Positions 49,774-61,654 of a stretch of 64,000 bases of DNA are shown piece by piece. The stretch covers positions 1,922,001-1,986,000 of the forward strand of contig NEEC01000009.1 of assembly GCA_002189035.1 (NCBI GenBank). The letters are read 5' to 3'. Under the pieces are notes generated by a model. The model searched no databases. It saw only the letters and a program-made list of their open reading frames with translations, and had not been told where the DNA came from. The translations under genes and the position numbers were made by a program. Positions within the stretch are counted from its first letter, which is position 1. Each line of letters begins with the position of its first letter. Origin of the DNA: Utricularia gibba. Its lineage: Eukaryota; Plantae; Magnoliophyta.

Positions 49774-51483
49774 ATGGGAACTTGTTTCTCGATCGCGGAC
49801 CGATCAGTCACGAAGAAAACGCCGGATACGGCGGCGAAGGATGTTGACTCCGGAAACCCTCGGTGTAACAAGATTCGTGGCGTGAAGAAGGAGGAGGAGG
49901 AGTGGATTCACAAGCAAGCTCTGGCTGCGGCGGTGCTGCTCCAGCGGCAGATGGGGAACGGCCACGGAACGGCGTCGTTTGACAGGTCGGCGTCTTTGAG
50001 GTGTCCGATTGGGAGCGCAAATTCGAACAAGGATCAGTTCTTACCTCGGAGTTACAGCACTAGAATGCCTTCGTTGAACGATCCCATGCTTCAACCTCAC
50101 CAATCGGTTAATCAAGCATGTTTAAATCAATATTTTTGTGCCCTAATTTCTCCCGATCATCCTCATTTCAACCTTTCATCTATTTGGCAGGGAGCCAAGA
50201 TTGACGGTCTTCAATCCATTCATTTCGTACTCGTTCACGGGGTGGCTTCGGTGCCTGGTGCTGGTACAAAACGATGGCATTATTAGAAGAAGCCGGCTAT
50301 AAAGTCACTGCAGTAGACTTGACTGGTTCAGGAATCCACTCTTCCGACACACACTCTGTGACATGCCTTTCCCAGTACGCCACGCCATTGACTGATCTTC
50401 TGCAAAATCTCACCCCTGGTGAAAAGGTCATCTTTCCACATCGAAATCAAATCAGATTTAACCTCGTGTACTGTGACCTGATCGTAGCTTGGTTGGAACA
50501 GGTGATCTTAGTTGGGCATGATTTTGGGGGCGTTTGCATTTCGTATGCAATGGAGAAGCATCCTGCCAAAGTTTACAAAGCTATTTTCGTTGCCGCAGTC
50601 ATGTTGAGTAATGGCCAAACCGCTCTTGACATATTCTCTGAGAAGGTTAGCTTTAAATTCCAACCACCCTTTAGCTTTACAAAAAAAAAAACATAATATG
50701 TTCGATATCATAGTGTTTTCTGCTTTCGGTGCTGCATTATTACCTTACTCCTTTTCCATGAAGAAAAGATGCAGTGGATGCAACAAAAGTTGATGCACAC
50801 AGTCATACTGTTAGGTAGATAATCAATATTGATGTAAACAAAATCTAGACAAGTTTCATACGCAAGGTGAGGATAAGGGAACACTCTTCCTTGACGGTTG
50901 AGTTAGTTAATGCTGATTAGGAACCGAGACAAATTTTCTGCGTTTGGTGTTCCATATCAAATGGCTCCTTTTGCAGGTGGGAGTGGCTTCGACTGAGTTG
51001 ATGCAACAGGCCAAGGTTTTCCTGCACGCCAATGGAAATGACAGGCCTCCCACTGCGATCTCATTCCACAAACACCTGTTGAAGGACTTGCTATTCAATA
51101 GAAGCCCTGCCAAGGTACACCATCGGAATCTACTGAAACTACATAGCACAGTGATTGATGATATGCTTCTCATCGATCAGGATGTTGCATTGGCGTCTGT
51201 GTCAATGAGGCCTGTTCCATTTTCCCCGGTTGTGGAGAAGCTCTCACTTACAGAAGCCAACCATGGCTCCGTGAGAAGGTACTACATCGAAACCACAGAA
51301 GACAATGCAATTCCGCTTGGTATACAGGAAAGCATGGTGAATAACTGCCCCCCGGAGGAGGTTTTTCGCCTTAGAGGTGCTGACCATGCACCATTTTTCT
51401 CTAAGCCTCTTGCTCTGCATAAGCTTCTCGTTGAGATATCCAGAGACCAGAGGATAAGGAGCGTCTGCAGCCATCAGCCATGA
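49774..51483 (+). CDS. MES11: MES11-like methylesterase (alpha/beta hydrolase, Ser-to-Asp GHDFGG type); exons 49774-50115, 50191-50426, 50502-50645, 50977-51114, 51181-51483; apparent 1-nt deletion at 50239-50242
   Basis: N-terminal MGTCFS (myristoylation/acylation-like), HFVLVHG(G)GFGAWCWYK, VILVGHDFGG and ADHAPFFSKP. Confidence 0.92.
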
Positions 51484-51932
51484 TGTATACGGAAGACTGA
51501 GATTTTCTCATCATTAACAAAATAAAATCCACACTTCTTTCATTGAGTGAAAGAAGACAGCATTCAAAAAAAAAAAAAGACATGCTGGCAACAGAGTGAA
51601 AAACTCACTAATCCTCCAGACACCAGAAGTCAGTCATATTGCAGTCATCAGCGCAAGGAACCCAGTGAAAGGTTTTCCAATCATTAATAAAATTTGTTGT
51701 TCCTTCACTGAGATTCATAGCTAATCTCCAGGCTCCAACCCAAAGAATTGAACAACCAAAAGGAACAATTATTCTACGTTCGAGTTTCTTCTGTTCTTTT
51801 TTTTTTTTTTTTTTTTGTGGGCAATGAAGTGAATTCCCCCCCATCCTCTGTTGATGCTTCACAGCGGCACAGTGTTTCTAGTGTATGCCATTGAAAAGAA
51901 TGTGGTTTACTGAAGAACGCATCTGAAGCAGA

Positions 51933-53825
51933 TCACTGATGCGGATCCGGTTCCTTTATAGCACACAAGCGCTCTGAATAACGAGTGCCATGTTAGCCGT
52001 GAAGATGGATGCTATCGACATAATACAAGAAAAAAGACGCCTTACTGAGATATTCATACGCCAGTATCATAGACGTTCCCCAAGCCGACATGCTAAAGAA
52101 CCTCGGCCCCAGCCCACGGTACAGTCCTGTCCAGCCATCCTCAGCAATCAAGGTTTTTACTACTTCCCTGGCAGTGGTTCTTTTTTCATGGCCAACAACC
52201 TACAAAGCCCATTGAAAGTAATTGATATCTTGAAATGATGTGACTATTGTGTGCTAGATAACTTGAAACCCCTCCTCAGGATACGGATTCTAGTGTCATC
52301 ATATGTTTGAGGATGAGAAGTAACAGGGTTCATATGAAAATCACCGTTTTCAAAACTAATGGTTGATGGACAGTTTCCTTGAAAAAGTGAATCGGAATTT
52401 TAAGAGCAAATAACACTTGATATTTAGAAAGAAAAAGGAAAAACCTGCAAGCGCGTTTTTATTGTATCCAATGGGGTTGTGATGCATGATGCAGTAGCAC
52501 CGGCAAAAATCCCTCCAGCAGCTTGAACCAGCACAATTTGCCCTTCGTTTGGAGCTTTCCATTCTTTCTCAAAAGTGTTTTGTAATAGTCTGCCAAAGAA
52601 GTGGGCAACCGGCTAACATTGAGCAAATATTTTGACAATGCACTTGTTCTAATGGCCGTACATAACAAATGGTGCAAATTTAAAATAAGGAGACACCCGA
52701 GTCTTCACATATAATATGAAAAAATGCCATATTGTGACCAAGAGCAGCAGCAAATACAGCATTGTTAGCCAACAGATACAAAGACAAGGAAAATGGAACT
52801 GCAGTATAAGAGAACACATACCCCCAGATTACTCGTTGGCTTGTGCCATAGCTTGCCCACCAAACAGCACTAGAAGGTGAGTAGGTCATAACAGACAGAC
52901 CAAAGCCTCTGTACAATCCCCGAATACCATCAGATTTAATAACTCTCCTGACAACATCCAGACCACCAGTGTAGGTTGCATGCCCAGCATATCCTTGGAC
53001 CATCAACCTTTGGCTAACCTTTTATAGGCATGCACGGATTAGATTAACGTACCCGACTCCATAGAGGCAGCATCAAGGTAAACTAGGTCACTTACAAACA
53101 ACAAAAAGTCCATACCACGTCAACGGGAACAAAAACAGCTTGTGAACAGAGAGAGGCCATCATGCCTGCAGCACCATTGGCTATAGCTGCCTGTGAAGCG
53201 TCTGAGAGTTTAAAAGGTTCCATCGTTTTGAGTGCTGCAACCTTGGTTGTCTCTAACGCAGTGAGAAAGATGACTCTGGCTGGTATTGCTCCCGAAACAA
53301 CAGTGCCGAAACCTCGATACAAACCAGGAACCCCATCAGTTTTCAATACGCTTTTGATGACAGAAAATGCATTTCTTTCTACAGTATCATGTGTAGCCAC
53401 TTGCATCCTTGTCTTAACAACAGATATAGGATACAGTGCGACCGTAACACCACTAAAAATACCAGCTCCAACAACATAGAACTTTGTTTTATCAAGCCTA
53501 CAGGAGAAATAACAAAAGCATGATGGCCTATAACATCACAACAGATGTAATTCAACAGATGTATTGAACTTTGTTGTGAATCCAGAATCAATCCTAATCC
53601 TCAAGCAGCTATTTGTGTCATCTATCACCCAACAAATGCTCCATCATTAACTCCTGCAAATCATACACCAACACTCTACATCTAGTACAATAATAAAACG
53701 CGATTTCTCTCCGGAAACATCAAAGAATTCACAACGGAACCGTACAGTATTAGAAATGGAACTTACTTGTCCCAATTAATCTCCGCCTGCCCGAACGATT
53801 GCCTCTGCTTACTAGCCACATCCAT
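51933..53825 (-). CDS. Mitochondrial substrate carrier (SLC25A44-like); first exons 53825-53767, 53497-53116, 53018-52822, then three more to the stop at 51933
   Basis: QAEINWDKLDKTKFY, carrier signatures YPISVVKTRMQ, VPVDVVSQRLMVQ and TPLDTIKTRLQ, and GLYRGLGPRFFSMSAWG. Confidence 0.94.
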
Positions 53826-56800
53826 AGCTCACCGAAAAATCAAGAGAAAACAAAAAAAAAACGCCGAATAAAACTGGAAAAAAAGCAAGAAATCGAAGGC
53901 TAGGTCATTTCTCTAACCCCAACCACCGGAACAGGGAAACAGAAGCAACGAGAAGAAGAAATGCACGACTGGGGGCCCGCACCCCAGAACATGCCAGATT
54001 CGTAGCAACCAAATTATATTATAGGCTATCTTTTTATTACAATAGCTAATAAATGCACCAGGGAAATAAATTGTAAATAAAATAATGCATTGTATCTATA
54101 TTTAATTAATATCTATTTCAAGATGACAATAAAAAAAGAAAGATAAAATATTAGATGTGACTATCAATCCTTAATGGGCTTTGGGCCCATGTCCTTAGTT
54201 GAAATCCAGGCCGGGCCGAGCTCTTTGCGAGCCTGTAACCATACCCGCAATCGGCCCTAGAACATGGGCCTCATGTTGGACCCGGGGAAATGGTTATTGG
54301 AGTTGAAGGGGTGGTGGGAGGGTAAGGCAAGAAGACAGGAAGAATGGAGGCATTTATTAGAACGCGCAAAGGCAGTCAATTATGAGAATGCCACACAGTT
54401 GACAAAGCAGAAGTAGCACTTCTTCTGGTTGAGCGTAGTTAGGTTAAGGTGGTGCATCCATTTCCAGTGGTGGCTGGCTTTGGTACCAGTAAAAGAAGAG
54501 GAGCATCAGAAACCCAATTGGACCAACCATCTTCCGATCCATCCTGGACGCAGAAAGAGGGAGAAAGGTTTGGGTTTTAGGGTTTGGGGAGGAGAGAGAT
54601 GAATGAATGAATGAATGGGTTTGGCTGGCGGTAGGTGGTTGTCAATTGCGCGTACGGGGCAGGATGATGGGGACAAAGAGCAAAGCTCCACGAGGGGGTA
54701 ACATGCAACAAGCTCTGGCTTCAGATGGCGAGTTTTCCTTTTCATCAAGCCCACGACGTGCCTCATATCTTTGCTCCTCATCATTTCCGATGGCCCGCAT
54801 TCCCCATTATTAGATTACCCAAAAACCATAAAAAAAAAGAAATTGTTTGATCCTCCCTTCTACTGTGTTGTTGTATTCAAATCCTTTTTTTCAAAGAAAA
54901 AACAATTTCTATTTTACAAAGGAATATAGCTTGTTACCAGAACATTGGTTATTATTTGCAAGTGTTGATGGAAATGCCTCAAGCAAGTGGAAAATTGAAT
55001 ACATGAGATACTCTGATATTATTTATCTCTCCACTTTTCCCGTTTCATTGGGATCCTCCATCCTAACTTTAATGAGGCAGGGAGAAGTGAAGTGTTTCTA
55101 ACTTGTTTTTTTTACTGCGGTTATTTGATTGATCAGCAAGTATGGGAAACTCGAGTTGGCCTTCAGATTCACCTAACACAAGATAATAATTCGAGTGAGG
55201 GAGGAGGAGCATTAGAACGAGACATCTATCTGGATTTCTGAGGCAGGTAGCGGCAGCACTATCACATGGGTATCGAGACATGATTCAGCGTGTGTGTGGG
55301 GAGGATGAAGAAGCAAACAAAAGCACTTGTTGGGTAGCGAGTTCCAGTATGGCTTCAACAACTCAGCTCCAAGGCTTGTGATGATGAAGCGGAGAAGGGA
55401 ATTGCAAAAGGAATTGGAGACTTGTGCTGGTACAAAACTGGGTGGGAAATCAGATTAACAAGATGCTATTGGCACCAGAGACAAACGAGTGTGGGGGTGG
55501 AGGGGACCTTATCACACATGGGGTGGGGTGGGGTGGGGGTGGGGTGGCCAATGGACATTACTTCATTGCTTTCCATCCCCGAGCCCAACTGCACACCCCC
55601 GAGTGTCAAATCCTTTTTCCTTGGTTAACCCTCGAAACATACATCCACACCCTCGTCAAATCATGAATGCTGATCTGCTTTTACCCCAGTAAACCAAAAA
55701 GCTCAAGGTTAGTTTGGTACTGATAGTGATTCTGTACCAAGAATCATTCAAAGTTAAACGGGGAAAACCAGAAAACCCTTGATTGTGAGCTTGGGAAGGA
55801 GCAGTCTGCATCAAAACCGACCAGCTTCATACAAGGGAATGGTTTATTAGGATGCTGGGAACCATACGCAATTCCGATGGCGCAGCAGCTCGATACAAAC
55901 CAATTTAGTTCCTTTTAATGAAACGCAGCGGCTGCCGCAAGTCTGCATTGGACCATCAACATTTAACCAAACGAACCAACAAAGCCTGCGGTGTGCATGA
56001 GGCCACACACCGCAGAGCCGGCCGCACGCTCCATTCAATGCGCTTCTGCACGAGGCTCTAGTTTTTACCCCACCAAACAATCACTCCCTCGTCTCTCATC
56101 CAAGACCAGAGACCAGATTTTAATCGGCCGGGCATGTGATTTCCAGTAATGAAGAGCATTCATCCGTTAAAAAAGGTGGGAGAGTGCAGTGAATGTGATC
56201 AACGGGGGACCCTTGGGGTGGGTGCAGAGTAAATCCAAGGTTGAAAGATTAGGAATCCGAGCCGTGGTTAAAAAATGGAAACCAGAATATAATAATGAAA
56301 AGCCTGCAATGCATTTACTTGTCTTTATTTTACCTTCCCGTCAACCCCACTCATCATAAACCTGGCCGCGGTAAAGGTAAATAGTAAATTCTCATACTTC
56401 CGTACCAATTTCTTTTTTAATTTTGATTAATCATTCAGACAACGTGCCAACGTTAATACCCTACCGAATTTCTCATTCCAGAAGAGAATAAATGAAAAAA
56501 AAATTATTTATCATTTTTTTTTTCACGTGAATATAATCAGACAGCTATTTTTTTTTTTTAAATGATGTGGTGGGTATTGACCGAAATGCCACTCAGCCGG
56601 CGATGGGGGTGCATGCATATGTGGTGCTCGTTTCCTCCGAGGTGGCCGCCACATCGGAGAGGAGGGGGACGCCTTTTCCGGCCACGCTGTCGGTAATTAA
56701 ACCCCATTATTGAGAATTAATTAACCTTTAAGCTAACATGATAACTACATCACACCAAACAAACCCATGAGACCGATGGGCAAACGCCACACGAAAGAAT

Positions 56801-56952
56801 GTGCTGTGGGTGCTTGCAAAATGCTGGCAACACCTTCTTTACACGCTCGTGTCCGTAAGAAACCCACCCGATCCGCAATTTCTATCGGGTTTAGAAGACA
56901 TCGCTTGCCCTAATCGTCCTCGTCTTGGGGATGTATCAGCTTTGTTACAGTA

Positions 56953-56970
56953 GTGTGTGTGTGTGTGTGT
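56953..56970. repeat. (GT)9 microsatellite
   Basis: Direct reading. Confidence 0.9.
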
Positions 56971-57658
56971 GAATTGGGAGGATGCGCAGGGCTCATCCAA
57001 GTCGGCAATCATTCGTTGACTTTGTTGTGCATATGATAACCCACATTTCCTTTTCCTGCTTCGATAGCAAAATAGGACACTCATCTTTATCTTCATCCTT
57101 CGCCATACGCTCAGACCGTCGGCTGGACTGAGGTTTCAAGTACACTCTCCGGGCTCCACGGATCCAAACCCAATTGCGTGGGTGGAATAATCCCTCGATC
57201 ACGTGCTGATCTCCGGGATTCCTGTGAACCCACCTTTTTCTTTTTTCTTTTTTCTTTTTTTGGGTGATGAGATGGATCAAAGCACATGAAGGTGGTGATT
57301 AATTACGTTAAGAAAGAGGTGGGAATAAATAAAAGGATGGCGACGGGGCTCCCGCCGGAGTTAATTAGGGTTAAGCGCGGATGGAGGACTGGCAGGGAAA
57401 GCGATGTGCATCGATTTTGGGGTGAAGCCATCCTGTACTCTGGTCCTCCTCATTAATTGCACGTATTCAATAATCTTATCATTATATGCAACTTGCTTCT
57501 TCCTCCTCGTTTCTCCTCCTCCGTGCCTTTCAACAACGATTCACGGAGGTGGGAGGCTGTGTCTGCACACACGCCGCCGTCCCGGCTAATCCATCCTCCC
57601 CGCCACCCCATCAACCGCCGCCGGAGGCTCCCACATCCCACAGGCCTGTTGAACTCAA

Positions 57659-57690
57659 CCCCCCCCCCCCCCCCCCCCCCCCGTCCCCCC
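57659..57690. repeat. Poly-C tract (C24-GT-C6)
   Basis: Direct reading; the run length may be unreliable. Confidence 0.9.
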
Positions 57691-59644
57691 ATCGGATAAG
57701 AAGGTCATTTAGAAAATTGGCAACTCTTATATTCTATTTTACACATTTAATAAAAAATAAATAAATATAGAATGATTTTTTTTACACAATATCTGATATA
57801 TGATTAAATTTTTAATTTATGTAATCGATGAAATCGCCTGTGTACCCTGAAAACTATAATATATCGAAATAAGTATTTAAAACCTCTAAAAAAATAAGAA
57901 GGGGATATATGTTCTTTTTGGGGTATAATTCAATAATAAAACTGTTTTGAAATATTTTATATTTTAATTTATTATCAAATGAGTTGATTCTATAATAAAA
58001 TAAAATGAGATAAAGTGAGGTGTATAATTACTTTAAATTAAAAAAAGATACTAAAAATAATTGGGAATTTAATGAATAATGATTAGAGATGTCACGTGAA
58101 GTAACTACCTGCTCACATGATCTAATAATAATTCGTTACACGTGGAGTCCCGTCCCTCCACGGGGGTATGGAGAAGTGCAGAGAGGTTGGCAGAGGGGAC
58201 TCGAAATCAATGTTATTATTTTAATACTAATATAAATTATCCTTGCCAGACTTCACGAGCGAGCAGTGATTGTGGAATCTTTGTTCTTCCTGTAAGAAAA
58301 CCTTGATCATAAACCTAGTTTTGGACAAGCTTTAATGTTCTTCTTTTTGTTCGATCATGCCCATTTTTACAATTTTCGTATAGAGGCTGCCCAGATAAAT
58401 GGAGGCGAAGCAGAGACGACGACACGAATACCCACAAACTGGCACGAGCGCCGGCGAGGAGCGAGGGGGGCCGTCCTACTACTCCGCACGTGCGTCCGCT
58501 GAGGCGTCGCCTACGCCCCGTCCTCTATCGCGGCTCTGTTTTTTTTATTGTGTGGCACCCGACCGCCGCCGCGGTGGAACATAGAATATTAAATGCGACA
58601 ATGTAATGAAGTCACCAAGAACGGTTTCTAGACTATGTTGAGGGAGTTGCAGGATTGGGTGACTGGGGGAGGCGATTACCAGAAGGGTACGAGTTTGATC
58701 TACTTTTACGGTGAAGGGAATATTAAATTGGGGTTTGAAATTGATGGGGAGAGGATTCGGGCATTGCACTCTCTCATTTAATCACACTATCAAATTGATG
58801 GCAGCTCCCTTTTGTCCTTACGATCGTCCTCCCCTCACCGTAACCACGCACCCCATGTCAACAAATTTTGTGGATCACGACACTAATCATGGTGATGATG
58901 ACCCTCCTCCGGGTATCATATGCCCATCAAATAGTGCTGCAGTATCGAGTTCATGCAACTTTTCAGGTTTAGCCACTGCACTTACTGCATAAGGCAGAGA
59001 GACTGATCAGATCAGATCACCCACCCCAAGTGATTTGCAAGAACGATTAGGCTTGGGTTGGGAAATCTTTTCGAATTTTGGCGTGGCTTTTTCCTTTTGC
59101 AATCTTTCATATCATGCCAGGGAATTGATTCGCGAAGCAGGAATCCAATTTGAAAATGGATGCCACCCAGCCAGCCTACTTGCATAGTTGTGTATCATGT
59201 GTGCCGGGTTTTCAAACACGTAATCATTCGACCGCCCCATGGGGAACCCGAAACAAATCAATGTGTATTCAAATGCTTTATCACCATTGGCACATGCCCT
59301 CCCTCCAACCTTACGGAGAAATGATGATTTTGAAAATTAACCATTCTATTGTTACTGTGTGTGAAAAATAATCATTGTTTTAATGTGTGAAAGATAATAT
59401 TAGGGAGTAAAAGGGTGGGTTTTGAGCTCCTTGGGGATTAGCTATTGCCCTGAATCACAAACCAAGAAAGAAGGTACTCTTTTCAATCCTGTTTTTGGTA
59501 TGTATTTTCAAACTCTTTTTTCTTATGAATCTTTGTTTATTTTGATCCCCCCGTGTTTTTAATTTTCACCAAGGACAAGTCACCAGGGTAAGTAAATTCG
59601 CCCCTAAGGTAAAAGATTTTACGTATGTCCCTTTCACCGGCAGG

Positions 59645-59714
<70 letters not shown>

Positions 59715-59718
59715 TTTT
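59645..59718. repeat. A16-(TA)25-T8 compound microsatellite
   Basis: Direct reading. Confidence 0.95.
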
Positions 59719-61622
59719 AATAATCAACGCGCATCATGTAATGAGCCTTCTAATCATTGTGAAAGTAACGTGCGCGTTTAAGCTACTCGTGGTCATAAAA
59801 CAGTATTGGAAAATGACGTGTCCGTCCGTCCATACGCCCACCTCCTCCCAATTCTTTTTTAAATAAATATTTTTTTCGGGGGGGGGGGGGAGTAAATTAC
59901 AAAAGAAAAAAATAATACTTATATATACAAATATATATACACGTGGATTTATTTGATTGGTGCAAGGTTGATTTTGGATCGTGTGCGTAAAATTGGTGTC
60001 CCTTGGGGTGGGTAGAGAGGATTTTTATTTAAATGCGTGCGTGATGTAATGGATGTAGCCATCCATCACTCGGAAGGAGTTGATTTTGGATTCATGCAAT
60101 CATTTGCTGGAAAACGAGTACCCCGGTGATGTTTATTTCAAAAGAAAAAATAATTTTAAAATCCGTTGATTAATGGGGAGAGTCGAACGAGTATTTGAAA
60201 TTCAATTCATTCGATCCAATACAAAAAATTATACAATCTTGTGATTTCTAAACTATATGTATATTTTTCAAATCCGTCATGATAGTAACTTTAAATTTAA
60301 TTATATTTTTCCGGAATTAAGATGTACGTGGATTTTTTTTATATTTGATGGGTTTGAAAAAAAAACTTTTTTTAGGCTTTTGTGTATTTCATATATGAAA
60401 CATTTGAAATTTGTAAATCAAACCCATCAAATGATTAATTAAGTATAATGTAATTAAATTAAGTTTGGGATGAAGGGCGAAGAGGGCTAGGTGTCATTCA
60501 CTTATTGATTAATAAAGTAGTATTTAGTAGTTTATGAATTAATTTTTTAATATTGTTAAAAAATAATGATGAGGAAATGAAGGAGAGAGGGCAATAATTG
60601 GGGGGCAGAAAAAGGACAAAAAGGAGGCCCTCGTGCAACTCTGGAACCTCGATTCCCTTTCCCCAACCCCAACCCCCACGGATATTTATTTAATATGCCC
60701 TCCCTCCCTCCTCAAACCCTAAATACTATTACTATTATTATTTAGCAGCCCCGCCCCGGGCGCATCATGTAATGAAGGAGGATGATGTCTGAAGGGGGAG
60801 GGGGGGGGGGGCGGGCGATTTGTCGGCAGGGAGGCGATTCGGAGGAGGGAGATGATGGATGGATGAGGAGACACGCATCAATCCTTATCCCCCATCAAAC
60901 CCCACTGTTATTTCATATCATGCAATAGTTATAGCACATGAAGTAAGCCATCGCCCCCACCCCCACCCCTCCCTTTTTCCGCTTTATTGAAATTAATTAA
61001 TTAATTAATTCATGTGGTTGAAGGCCCCCAGCCCAGCCTTGGGTTAGATTTAGAGTTCCCCTAACCCTAAATGCGTCCGTACGTACCCCTTGCCTTGAAT
61101 CATATCAAAGGTTGCAATAAATGGGTTTAAGAATTGGAATGGGGAAGTCATATCAATCATTCGCGGATTTGACTGAGAATCCTGGGTTCAGCTTCAGAGG
61201 AGGCTTAGGGTTGGGTTGGGTTCACGCATCGGGGGCGCCACTCCGCGAATACATCAATCACTCTCTCTGCCTCGGGTCAAGGAAATACGCCGCACCCATA
61301 AAATTATTAAATAATTATATAACTACTATTTAGTACTAAAGAAATAAAGGGAAATTACTAAAACGGCCCTCCGCTGCGATATAGGGATGGCATGTTGTAT
61401 TAAAAAAACAACGCTATTCAAATACTTTTGGTTTCGATTTATAATTTGTTGACAATGGGAGCGAAAGAGTTGAATCCGATTTTAGAATATTATTAGGTCA
61501 CGTGGCACTACTACACCAACAGTATGTCCGTCCGGGTCAGCCCCCTGGCATTCCCTAGAGCAAAGCTAGAGGGAGGGGATTTTGGAGGTAGGGGTAAAAA
61601 GTGAAAACGCCAAGATAGTAAA

Positions 61623-61654
61623 AAAAGAAAGAAAGAAAGAAAGAAAGAAAGAAA
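61623..61654. repeat. (AAAG)n microsatellite, about 7-8 units
   Basis: Direct reading. Confidence 0.9.

Noticed and set aside
52560-52620. Apparent frameshift in a carrier exon
   Set aside because: Using the TTTGGCAG acceptor at 52590 restores the frame (WGLLQNTFEKEWKAPNEGQIVLVQ).
54575-54585. TTTAGGG-type sequences as interstitial telomere
   Set aside because: Only single or 1.5-unit copies occur (also at 361 and 37510); these are promoter telo-boxes, not arrays.
56839-57764. Several 60-95-aa ORFs, including poly-Pro/Gly ones
   Set aside because: They derive from the (GT)n, A-rich and poly-C tracts and show no splice or domain support.
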